From: Candidatus Woesearchaeota archaeon
GTDB lineage: Archaea; Nanobdellota; Nanobdellia; SCGC-AAA011-G17; JACPIM01
DNA: 39,190 bases
Assembly (NCBI GenBank): GCA_964603525.1
Contig: CAZRVI010000002.1
Span: 1-39,190, forward strand
Reading direction: 5' to 3'
The number at the start of each line of letters is the position of its first letter. Position 1 is the first letter of the stretch. Both the position numbers and the translations under genes were made by a program. Under the pieces are notes generated by a model. The model had not been told where the DNA came from and ran no database searches. It saw only the letters and a program-made list of their open reading frames with translations. This document shows, piece after piece, positions 6,710 to 14,821 of the stretch.

Positions 6710-7182
6710 TTAAATCCCCTCTTTAGTTGTAGTAAATTTCAATTTTTCTAACTGAAACAATCTTTTTCCTTTCTTTTTAAATCTAATACTAACAACTTTA
6801 CCTATAAAAATTATATGATATCCTGCCTCTGCTTCATTAACAACCTTACATTCAACAAAAGCTAATGCATCTTTCAATCTACAACAATTTTTTTCAGCTT
6901 CCTCTTTCTCTAACTTCGCCTCTTTAAATTTATCTATATTCCTCTCAGATCTAGTACCGCAAATAATAACAGCATTCTTCATCTCATAAGGGATATAATT
7001 AATAACAAAACATTTACTTTTTTTAATTAATTCACAACTATATCTTTCTTTCCTACAGAAATTAAATACAAATTTGGCTGAAAAGAAATTTTAGTATGCC
7101 AAGTCATTGCTAATATACTATCTTTATCTTTATATTCTGATGTTATCAAAACAACTTGGCAAGGACAATTTATTTTAGACAT
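6710..7182 (-). pseudogene. flavin reductase-like (FMN-binding split-barrel, DIM6/NTAB-type) gene interrupted by a 1-nt frameshift
   Basis: The minus-strand ATG at 7180-7182 gives MSKINCPCQVVLITSEYKDKDSILAMTWHTKISFQPNLYLISVGKKDIVVN*, the typical N-terminal half, with a stop at 7027-7029. A second frame, open from 7090, reads ...RKERYSCELIKKSKCFVINYIPYEMKNAVIICGTRSERNIDKFKEAKLE...ECKVVNEAEAGYHIIFIGKVV, the typical C-terminal half (the track ORF 6710-6982 is its tail). The two frames join at GGAAAGAAAGA (7043-7054), where one extra A would restore ...ISVGK-K/E-RYSCELIKK... Confidence 0.7.
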
Positions 7183-7183
7183 T

Positions 7184-7879
7184 TTATTCTTTTAGCTTCT
7201 CTAAAACTTTTGGTAATTCATTAATGTCTTTAATAATAGCAAAGGGTTTTTCTTTTTTTAATATTCTTTTTGAATTTACACCAGTTAAAACAGCAATTGC
7301 TTTAGTATTACTTCTCCTTGCAGCAATAATATCGAAAGGACTATCACCAACATGAAATTTAATATCACTTCTCATTAACTTCTCAGCTTTAAATAATTCA
7401 TCAGGATAAGGCTTGCTCCTTTTAACATCATCCTTTCCTATTATAATATCAAACAAACTTTTCTTTAACCCAGCCCCTCTCATTAAAGAATTAATCTCTT
7501 TATGTGTACAATTACTAATCATACCAATTTTATAAATTTTTTTTAGTTTTTTCAATACAGGAACTACACCTTTAATTTTCTTTGCATATTTTCCATATTT
7601 TATACTGATTAATTTATGATGCTCCTTTGTTATTTTATCTACTTCCTTTTCAGAAAGTTTTGGAAATAAGTCTCTAACAACTTGATGAGCATGTCTTCCA
7701 TTCAAAAAAGGGATTAATTTTTGATATTTTATTTTTTTCAAATCAAATTTCTCAAAAGCTTCATTAAACGCCTTCCAATGGCATCTTTTAGCATGAATTA
7801 AGGTTTCATCTAAGTCAAATGTTATTATATATTTTCTTTTACCATTAACTATATTCTTTTTTCCTGTTTTCATATCCAT
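7184..7879 (-). CDS. HAD-superfamily (subfamily IA) phosphatase, phosphoglycolate/sugar-phosphate phosphatase-like
   Basis: Motif I FDLDETLI (DxDxT), motif II ISNCT, motif III K in RSKPYPD, motif IV VGDSPFDI. It overlaps the upstream e2b2-like gene by 10 nt. Confidence 0.8.
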   Translation of the reverse strand: MDMKTGKKNIVNGKRKYIITFDLDETLIHAKRCHWKAFNEAFEKFDLKKIKYQKLIPFLNGRHAHQVVRDLFPKLSEKEVDKITKEHHKLISIKYGKYAKKIKGVVPVLKKLKKIYKIGMISNCTHKEINSLMRGAGLKKSLFDIIIGKDDVKRSKPYPDELFKAEKLMRSDIKFHVGDSPFDIIAARRSNTKAIAVLTGVNSKRILKKEKPFAIIKDINELPKVLEKLKE

Positions 7880-8667
7880 CTATATTTTTTCTTAACTTTT
7901 TTAACAAATTTTTTAGGTTTTAAAACCCCTAATTCAGAAATTATTCCTTTAATATATTTATTTTTAATAATTTCAAAAGCAGGATTCTTAATTTTTATTT
8001 TTTTTGGTAATTTCTTCCAGACTTCTCTGAAATTTCTTTCTTCTATTTTAATATTTCTTGAAGAAAATTTCCATGAATCTGCACAGATATAAACAGGTAT
8101 TTTATAATCATAAGCAATATTAGCAAACATCCCAGAACCAACCTTATTCACAACATCACCATTTTTCAAAATAGCATCAGCACCAAATAAAACAATATGC
8201 TTTTTCTTATGATTTAAAGTCATTGCAATACCAGCAGCAGCATCAACAACTTGTATAACTTTAATACCATCTTTCGCTAATTCTTTTGCAGTTTTCCTTC
8301 CTTGATATAAAGGTCTTGTTTCTGTATTATACACCTTAAATTTTTTACCTTTCTCTTTAGCATATCTTAAAATATTTATTACAGTAGAACTATGACAATG
8401 TGTAAAAACAATTTCTTTAATAACTTTATAACCATAATTAATTATTTTTTTCTGTGATTCAAAAATATGTTCAATAGCTTTTTCTTGTCCATACTTTTTT
8501 GCAAATTTTAAAGAGTTTTTTAATAATGGTTCTGTTGGTCTAACTTTTAATAATTTTTTTTCAGAAAAACCTTTTAAACTCATTGCTTTAATTCCAGCAA
8601 TAGTAATATTAGTAGCCCCTTGAATTTTCACCTCTTTTATTTTTTTTAATAATTCCTTAAAATTCAT
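7870..8667 (-). CDS. e2b2: eIF-2B alpha/beta/delta-family isomerase, probable ribose-1,5-bisphosphate isomerase (short form)
   Basis: 265 aa. IQGATNITIAG, THCHSSTV, VYNTETRPLYQGRKTAKELAKDGI and FGADAILKNGDVVNKVGS are family hallmarks. The R15P-isomerase reading (rather than MTR-1-P isomerase) is inferred from AMP phosphorylase lying in the same window. Confidence 0.65.
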   Translation of the reverse strand: MNFKELLKKIKEVKIQGATNITIAGIKAMSLKGFSEKKLLKVRPTEPLLKNSLKFAKKYGQEKAIEHIFESQKKIINYGYKVIKEIVFTHCHSSTVINILRYAKEKGKKFKVYNTETRPLYQGRKTAKELAKDGIKVIQVVDAAAGIAMTLNHKKKHIVLFGADAILKNGDVVNKVGSGMFANIAYDYKIPVYICADSWKFSSRNIKIEERNFREVWKKLPKKIKIKNPAFEIIKNKYIKGIISELGVLKPKKFVKKVKKKYRWI

Positions 8668-9354
8668 TTAAAAATCCCTTTCTTTTAATTTTTTAGCAGG
8701 TATTCCAGTATAAACCATATTTGGTTTAGTATCTTTTGTTACAACAGCCCCAGCACCTATAAAAGATTCTCTTCTTAATCTGATAGCAGGTAAAATAATA
8801 GCGCCAGCACCAACACACACTTTTTCTTCAATAATTGGTCCTTTAAATTTTGGCATTTTTTCTTTTAAACTTATTCTAGATTTTGCTGTTTTTTCATTTG
8901 CAAATTTAACTCCAGGACCGATGAATACTTGATTTCCAATTTTAGAATGAGAACAAATATAAGAACTGCTATGAATCAAAACATTTTTACCAATTTTAAT
9001 ATAACCATCTAACACAGAATTAGTCCCAATAATACAATTATCTCCAATTACTGTTTCTTCTCGTATAAGAGCATTATGAAATACATTAACATTATCACCA
9101 ATTTTTACATTTTCATATATATTAACATTAGAGTAAATCATACAATTATCTCCAATTATTGTTTCAAACTTCTTTTCACTTACCCCTTTAATGCAACTTT
9201 TTAAATTTTCTAACATTGGAAAACCTATTATGGAGTTAGATCCTATATATGTGTTATTTCCTATTGTAACAGGTCCATATACTTTTACACCATTTTCTAT
9301 CTTAACATTTTTCCCCAGTTTAACATTTCCGATTAAAACATAATCTTTTTTCAT
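8668..9354 (-). CDS. left-handed beta-helix (hexapeptide-repeat) sugar N-acetyltransferase, WbpD/WlbB/PglD-like
   Basis: 228 aa made almost entirely of [LIV]-G-x-x-x-x hexapeptide repeats (IGNNTYIGSNSIIG, IGDNCIIGTNSVL, IGKNVLIHSSSYI, VGAGAIILPAIRL, IGAGAVVTKD). It lies divergent to a DegT aminotransferase. Confidence 0.8.
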   Translation of the reverse strand: MKKDYVLIGNVKLGKNVKIENGVKVYGPVTIGNNTYIGSNSIIGFPMLENLKSCIKGVSEKKFETIIGDNCMIYSNVNIYENVKIGDNVNVFHNALIREETVIGDNCIIGTNSVLDGYIKIGKNVLIHSSSYICSHSKIGNQVFIGPGVKFANEKTAKSRISLKEKMPKFKGPIIEEKVCVGAGAIILPAIRLRRESFIGAGAVVTKDTKPNMVYTGIPAKKLKERDF

Positions 9355-9377
9355 AATTAATAAAATAATTCTTCTCC

Positions 9378-9385
9378 TTTATAAA
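9378..9385 (-). promoter_or_regulatory. TATA-box candidate for the acetyltransferase/e2b2/HAD unit
   Basis: Palindromic TTTATAAA centred 27.5 nt upstream of the minus-strand ATG at 9352-9354. Confidence 0.45.
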
Positions 9386-9431
9386 AATATTTCTTTTAAA
9401 CTTCAATATATATATTAAATTACAATAAATA

Positions 9432-9439
9432 TTTATAAT
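9432..9439 (+). promoter_or_regulatory. TATA-box candidate for the DegT/radical-SAM/deacetylase unit
   Basis: TTTATAAT centred 26.5 nt upstream of the ATG at 9462. Confidence 0.45.
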
Positions 9440-9461
9440 GTTCAAATAAGTAAAATTCCTT

Positions 9462-10601
9462 ATGAAAATCCCTCCAATCAAAATAAATTTTCCTGAGGAA
9501 TCGGTTAAAAACATAGTCAATTCTGTAAAAGAGAGCTTTAAAACAGGCAATCTAACCTTAAATAAAAATGTAAAGGCATTAGAAGAAGCTTGGAAAACTC
9601 TTACAGGAACAAAATATGCTATTGCAACAAATAGTGGAACATCTTCTATTGAACTGCCATTGAGAGCATTATTATACAAAGATCAACCCGAAGACTGGAC
9701 AGCAGAAAATAAAGAAATAATAATTCCAGCTAATACTTTTATTGCAACAGCAAGTGCAGTTAGAAACTCTTATGCAAAGCCGATTTTAGTTGATGTAACA
9801 GAAAATTTAGTCATGGACCCGGAAGATTTAAAGAAAAAAATAACTGATAAAACAAAAGGAGTTATCTATGTTCATATCGGTGGCTATGTTTCAAAAGAAA
9901 TTTTAGAAATTAAAAAAATATGTGAAGAAAATAATTTATTCCTGATAGAAGATGCTGCACATGCACATGGAACATCTTATGAAGACAAAAAAACAGGAAC
10001 TTTTGGCGATGCTGCTTCATTTTCATTTTATCCAACAAAGATAATTACAAGTGGAGAAGGTGGAATGATAGTTACAGATAACGAAGAAATAAATAAAATT
10101 AGCAGAATGAGAAGGGATCAAGGAAAGTTAAATTTTTCATCAGCAAACTGGGAAATGTTTGGTAATAATTATAGGATGAGTGAAATTCATGCAGCAATAG
10201 GAATAGCCCATACTAATTTATTAAAGGAATTTATTAAAGAAAGAAATTCTATAGCAAAGGTTTATGATAAAGAATTAGAATCAATTAAAGGGATAATCCC
10301 CTTAAAAATTCTCCATTCTAAAAGTAATTACTACAAATATATAGTTTTCTTGGATAATATTGATAAACAAAAATTCAAACAAAATATGAAAGAATTAGGT
10401 GTTTCTTTAAGCGGGGAAGTTTACGAAACTCCATTGCATTTGCAAAAAGCATTTTTAAATTTTGGTTATAAAAAAGGTGATTTTCCAATAGCAGAAAAAG
10501 TTTGTAACAAACATGTCTGCTTGCCAATTTATAACGGAATGAGTACAGAAGAGATAAACTACGTTATAGATTGCATTAAAAAAACATTAGAAGGTGTTTA
10601 A
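9462..10601 (+). CDS. DegT/DnrJ/EryC1/StrS-family PLP-dependent sugar aminotransferase
   Basis: 379 aa. ATNSGTSSIELPL, LIEDAAHAHG, and SFYPTKIITSGEGGMIVTD (PLP lysine in the PTK context) are classic family motifs. Confidence 0.85.
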   Translation: MKIPPIKINFPEESVKNIVNSVKESFKTGNLTLNKNVKALEEAWKTLTGTKYAIATNSGTSSIELPLRALLYKDQPEDWTAENKEIIIPANTFIATASAVRNSYAKPILVDVTENLVMDPEDLKKKITDKTKGVIYVHIGGYVSKEILEIKKICEENNLFLIEDAAHAHGTSYEDKKTGTFGDAASFSFYPTKIITSGEGGMIVTDNEEINKISRMRRDQGKLNFSSANWEMFGNNYRMSEIHAAIGIAHTNLLKEFIKERNSIAKVYDKELESIKGIIPLKILHSKSNYYKYIVFLDNIDKQKFKQNMKELGVSLSGEVYETPLHLQKAFLNFGYKKGDFPIAEKVCNKHVCLPIYNGMSTEEINYVIDCIKKTLEGV

Positions 10602-11682
10602 AATAGCTGAAGAGATAGGTCTTAAAAAAATTGCATTATTCCCTGAAAAAGTAAAAGCAATTAATAATTTAAAAGATAAAAAACAGATCGACTTAACTTA
10701 TCCCATTAGTGTTGAAGTTTCACCAACACATATTTGCAATCACGCCTGTATATGGTGTTCAGATAGAGGTCTAAAATTAAGATCCCCAAATGCAATCTTA
10801 GATAAAGAAGTTATCTTTAAATTATTTGAAGATTTAAAAGATGGTGGAACAAGAGGGGTAGTGATTGAAGGTGGAGGAGAACCTACTTGCTATAAGGACT
10901 TTATTGAAATAGTTAAAAAAGCAAATGAATTAGGACTTTCTCTTGGTTTAGCAACAAATGGGTATATCTATAATTACGAAGAAGTTCTTCCTTTTTTCCA
11001 GTGGATAAGAATTAGTTTAGATGCATCTACTCCAATGGAGTACATTAAAATAAAGGGTATTGACGGATTTGATACAGTTATTAATAATATTAAACAAATG
11101 GTTGAATATAAAAAAAGGAATAACTTAAAATATCCTGTTATAGGGGTAGGTTATGTTGTTTCCACATTAAATTTAGGTAATATAGAAAATCTTGTTAAAC
11201 AACTAAAAGAAATAGGAGTAGATTATGTTTATTTTAGACCAGTTATTGATCATCCTCATTTAGTAAGCAATAAGGACTTAGATTACCTTAACATGCATTC
11301 AACTAAAGAGTTTACAGTTATGACGAAAGGAATGAAAGAAAATGTTTTTATGGGGAATGAAGGTTTTCCATGTGTTGCTCATTCTTTATCTTGTGTAATT
11401 ACATCTGAAGGAGACGTCCACTTGTGTGGAAGATTAAATATTTACGAATGGTTTAACCCTCTTGGGAATCTAAATAAACAAAGTTTTAAGGAAATTTGGG
11501 AAGGAGAAAAAAGAAAAGAACAGGTTATGAAAGTTTTAGATCCTGAGTTTTGTAAAAAATACTGTTTACAATGTAGAATGACAAAATATAATAAATTATT
11601 TTACAATTATAATATAGAAGAAGAACTAAATAAGATAAGTAAGGAAGAGCTTAATTTAATTAAAACAAAAGATTTTATTTAA
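10594..11682 (+). CDS. radical SAM enzyme with SPASM/twitch-like auxiliary Cys motifs
   Basis: CNHACIWC (CX3CX2C; 10735-10758). GGGEP SAM-binding motif (VIEGGGEPT). C-terminal CVAHSLSCVITSEGDVHLC fits CX12GX4C (11371-11427), and CKKYCLQC follows (11551-11574). The start is the GTG at 10594, overlapping the DegT stop; the start is uncertain. Confidence 0.8.
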   Translation: MFKIAEEIGLKKIALFPEKVKAINNLKDKKQIDLTYPISVEVSPTHICNHACIWCSDRGLKLRSPNAILDKEVIFKLFEDLKDGGTRGVVIEGGGEPTCYKDFIEIVKKANELGLSLGLATNGYIYNYEEVLPFFQWIRISLDASTPMEYIKIKGIDGFDTVINNIKQMVEYKKRNNLKYPVIGVGYVVSTLNLGNIENLVKQLKEIGVDYVYFRPVIDHPHLVSNKDLDYLNMHSTKEFTVMTKGMKENVFMGNEGFPCVAHSLSCVITSEGDVHLCGRLNIYEWFNPLGNLNKQSFKEIWEGEKRKEQVMKVLDPEFCKKYCLQCRMTKYNKLFYNYNIEEELNKISKEELNLIKTKDFI

Positions 11683-12477
11683 ATGAAAAACTTATTACTG
11701 ACTTTTGATGTAGAGGAGTTCTCATTACCTAGAGTATTATATAATCTTAATTTAAATAAAAAAGAACTTGAAATAAGTTATAAAGGTCTAAACAAGCTCT
11801 TGAAAATTTTAAATAAATATAAAGCAAAAGCAACTTTTTTTACAACAGCTTTCTTTGCAAAAAGCTATCCTAAATTAATCAAAAAACTATCAAAAACTCA
11901 TGAAGTAGCTTTGCACGGATTATACCATACAGACAATTATAGTGTTTTATCAAAACAAGAAGCTTATAAAAAAATTAAAGAAGCAAAACAGATACTAGAA
12001 AAAATAATCAATAAAAAAATATTGGGATTCAGGGCTCCTTTATTTTCTCCTCCTAATTATGATATTTTAAAAAAACTAAAATTCAAATATGACAGCTCTT
12101 TAAACCCAATCTTTCTCCCCGGAAACTATAATAATTTTTTTAAAAAAAGGAAAATTCATAAAAAACAAGATGTTTTTGTTTTACCTATCTCAGCAACACC
12201 TTTATTAAGACTTCCTCTTTCATGGATTTTTTTTAGAAATTTTGGATTAATTTATGCGAAAATCTGTACAAAATTATGTTTATTAGATCAAAAATATATA
12301 ATGTTATTATTCCATCCTTGGGAGTTTATTAATTTAAATCATTTAAAGATAGGAAAATTAATAAAAAGGAATACAGGAGAAAAATTAATCAAAATGTTGG
12401 ATTTATATTTGGAATGGTGTAATAAGAATAATATTAAAAATTCTACAATTAAAGATTATTTATTCTTTAGAAAATAA
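11683..12477 (+). CDS. polysaccharide deacetylase (NodB-homology/CE4-like, DUF3473-type)
   Basis: 264 aa. LLLTFDVEEF (the family-typical TFDVE start), ATFFTTA, HEVALHGLYH (His pair), and GFRAP. The ATG begins 1 nt after the radical SAM stop. Confidence 0.7.
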   Translation: MKNLLLTFDVEEFSLPRVLYNLNLNKKELEISYKGLNKLLKILNKYKAKATFFTTAFFAKSYPKLIKKLSKTHEVALHGLYHTDNYSVLSKQEAYKKIKEAKQILEKIINKKILGFRAPLFSPPNYDILKKLKFKYDSSLNPIFLPGNYNNFFKKRKIHKKQDVFVLPISATPLLRLPLSWIFFRNFGLIYAKICTKLCLLDQKYIMLLFHPWEFINLNHLKIGKLIKRNTGEKLIKMLDLYLEWCNKNNIKNSTIKDYLFFRK

Positions 12478-13215
12478 TCTTTTCAATTTAGTTAATCTTA
12501 CCTTAACCCCAGCTTTAGTTATTGATTTTAATAAAGATATCATTTCTTGAAATACATTCAATCTCGACTCTGATGTATGTCTTTTCAATTCTATTTTAAT
12601 AGGAATTTCTTTAATTTTTAATTTATCTAATCCTGCTTGCAATAAAATTTCCGCTTGAATCCCCCAGTTTGGATCTCTCAAATTTAAATTTTTCTGTGCC
12701 CATCTTCTTTTAAACATTTTCAGAATACCTATTTCAGATATTGGTAAAGGGATCCAATATCTAGAAAATAATCTACAAGATTTGCTTAAAAACCTTCTAA
12801 GACTATTTGAAATAAAACCCTTTTCCTTATCTTCTTTCACACCAAATTTCTTATTTTCTAATACTCTAGCTCCTGTTACTAAATCATATTCATTCATTAA
12901 TTCCAGTCCTTTTTTAATAAAACTATAATCCATTTCCCCATCAGCAAAAACCCAAGTTATTATATCTTTGGAAGCATATTTTATACCTTTTTTTATAGCA
13001 TTCCCAGCTCCTTTTTTAGATACCACATATTTTATTTTTTTATTGTTTTTAGAAAGTTCTTTAGCAATTAATTCTGTTTTATCAGAACAACCATTTGGAA
13101 TTATTATTATTTCAAAATCCAACTTCAATTTTTTTAAATAACTTAAAGTTTCTAAAATTGTACCTTTAATATATTTTTCTTCATTATAAGCTGGAATCAA
13201 AATACTGATGCTCAT
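12460..13215 (-). CDS. GT2-family glycosyltransferase, polyprenol(dolichol)-phosphate sugar synthase-like
   Basis: ISILIPAYNEEKYI, a GCSDKT...GAGNAIKKG region, and an acidic ADGEMD motif. The track start is TTG 13218; the ATG at 13213-15 is more likely and lies 26.5 nt from a TATA box. Confidence 0.8.
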   Translation of the reverse strand: MSISILIPAYNEEKYIKGTILETLSYLKKLKLDFEIIIIPNGCSDKTELIAKELSKNNKKIKYVVSKKGAGNAIKKGIKYASKDIITWVFADGEMDYSFIKKGLELMNEYDLVTGARVLENKKFGVKEDKEKGFISNSLRRFLSKSCRLFSRYWIPLPISEIGILKMFKRRWAQKNLNLRDPNWGIQAEILLQAGLDKLKIKEIPIKIELKRHTSESRLNVFQEMISLLKSITKAGVKVRLTKLKRLFSKE

Positions 13216-13237
13216 CAAACAATCTTTAATAGCAATA

Positions 13238-13245
13238 TATATAAA
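13238..13245. promoter_or_regulatory. single TATA element shared by divergent genes (GT2 at 13215 minus strand; membrane protein at 13271 plus strand)
   Basis: TATATAAA (TTTATATA on the minus strand) is centred 26.5 nt from the minus-strand ATG and 29.5 nt from the plus-strand ATG. The whole spacer is only about 55 nt. Confidence 0.4.
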
Positions 13246-13270
13246 TCTTTTTCTTTATATTTATCTAAAA

Positions 13271-14821
13271 ATGAATAAACATACAAACCTTTCTCAAAAT
13301 ATATTAAAACATAAAAATTTAATACATGATAAATGGCTTTATTTCCCAATAATTGTTCTTATTATATCTTTTTTAATAAAACTTCTAGAAAATGCACAGC
13401 TTATTTGGATTTTTCCACTAGATTTAAATCATGATTTACCATCATATATGTCTTTACTATACCTTACAATTAAATATGGTTATGTTTCTAGTGTTCCTTG
13501 TTGGTATAATGGATTAATTTCATTAAAAACTTATCCGCCATTATGGTTTTTTATTACAATTCCTATTTATTATCTTTTTAAAAATATACAATTAGCAACG
13601 TACATCTCTTTTATAATAATCTACTCTATTGGATTCTTCTTTATTAATTTGTTAGGAAAAATCTATAGATTTTCATTTACTAAAAAAATATCTTTCTTTC
13701 TTTTTTATTATGCTAATCCTTTATTTTTAAGTTATTATCTAAGATTAGGAAGACCAGCAGAACTTCTTGGTTGGACAATTTTTATAGCTTTTTTTATAAT
13801 TTTGGATTATTACAAAGATCATAAACTTAATTTTAAATTTTACTTATTTTTTATTTGTATTTATTCTTTATTAATCTTAGCATATTTCACACCAACCATT
13901 GTTTCTTCAATTTTTTTGGTTTCTTTTTTAATAATCAAAAAAAGGTTAAAAGATAAGATAATTGTAATATTTTCAGTAATTTCTTCTTTATTAATAACAT
14001 CTTTGTGGTGGTTGCCTTTCCTTAAAGAAATCAAATCTCTTTCTGGAGGAACTTACACACCACTTAATTGGTTAAATTTACCAACTAAATTAGGCCCTAA
14101 TGTTAATTTATTTATGGACAAATTTTTAACAATTTTATGTCCAATTGCTTTTATCATAATTTTTATTTTTTATTTCATAAGCATCAATAAATTTAACATT
14201 AAAAAATCTAAAAAAGAACTTTTATTCTATTTACCAGCATTAATTCTAGCAATTTTATTAATAACAAGAATTTTAGTTTATATTCCTTTATTCAATAGAA
14301 TGTATCCAGATTCCTATAACAGTTTATATATATTTCTTTTTTTAGTTTTGTTCTTTAAAACAAAAATTAGAGTATATCCAAAACAACTAAAGAAAATTGT
14401 CATTTATGCTTTAATAATAATCCCAATTCTATTTTTGCTTGCATCAATTTTTTATATTACTCCTTATAAAAAACATACAATTCAAGATAAGGAAATAATC
14501 TCTTTGTTACCTGAAGTAAATGACAGATTACTTATCTTAGCTGAAAATGAAAGGTTATTATATGCTTATGCAACAATTTATCATAATATTACAACTCCTT
14601 CAGGAGCAAGTTCTGTTTTAGGAGGAAGTAATTTAATATTAAAATTAAATTCAATTTATAAAGATATTAAAAATGAAAAGTGCAAATCTCTTAAAAATAA
14701 ATTTTCAGAATTAAATGTAAGAGAAATCATATCTACTATTAAATACTGCAATGCTCTAAAAAAATGTGGTTTAAAAACCAAGATTCAAAAAGAACATTCC
14801 TGTCTATTGCTTAACAACTAA
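13271..14821 (+). CDS. polytopic membrane protein, GT-C-fold-like (putative lipid-sugar-dependent glycosyltransferase)
   Basis: About 12 or more hydrophobic segments plus a ~100-aa soluble tail. The first loop, LDLNHDLPSYMSLLYLTIKYGYVSSVPCWYNGLISLKTYPPLWFFITIPI, parallels the 28323-30362 protein and the generic GT-C/PTPS-related pattern (acidic residue...W...G...Y-P-P-L). The track start at 13208 runs into the divergent gene, so the ATG at 13271 is preferred. Confidence 0.5.
   Translation: MNKHTNLSQNILKHKNLIHDKWLYFPIIVLIISFLIKLLENAQLIWIFPLDLNHDLPSYMSLLYLTIKYGYVSSVPCWYNGLISLKTYPPLWFFITIPIYYLFKNIQLATYISFIIIYSIGFFFINLLGKIYRFSFTKKISFFLFYYANPLFLSYYLRLGRPAELLGWTIFIAFFIILDYYKDHKLNFKFYLFFICIYSLLILAYFTPTIVSSIFLVSFLIIKKRLKDKIIVIFSVISSLLITSLWWLPFLKEIKSLSGGTYTPLNWLNLPTKLGPNVNLFMDKFLTILCPIAFIIIFIFYFISINKFNIKKSKKELLFYLPALILAILLITRILVYIPLFNRMYPDSYNSLYIFLFLVLFFKTKIRVYPKQLKKIVIYALIIIPILFLLASIFYITPYKKHTIQDKEIISLLPEVNDRLLILAENERLLYAYATIYHNITTPSGASSVLGGSNLILKLNSIYKDIKNEKCKSLKNKFSELNVREIISTIKYCNALKKCGLKTKIQKEHSCLLLNN

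Noticed and set aside
7027-7060. Programmed ribosomal frameshift as an explanation for the split flavin-reductase-like gene
   Set aside because: There is no canonical slippery heptamer or obvious downstream structure. A simple 1-nt indel in GGAAAGAAAGA is more parsimonious.
9320-9679. 119-aa minus-strand ORF spanning the divergent promoter region and the DegT 5' end
   Set aside because: It overlaps two confidently called genes and the TATA-containing spacer, and it has no motifs.
13208-13270. Upstream extension of the 537-aa ORF (track start 13208), and TTG/GTG-extended starts at 6373, 13218, 16917, 17287, 20820, 37650
   Set aside because: In each case a downstream ATG fits an SD-like site or the 26-29 nt TATA spacing and avoids overlap with divergent genes. 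The extensions are probably artefacts of longest-ORF calling.
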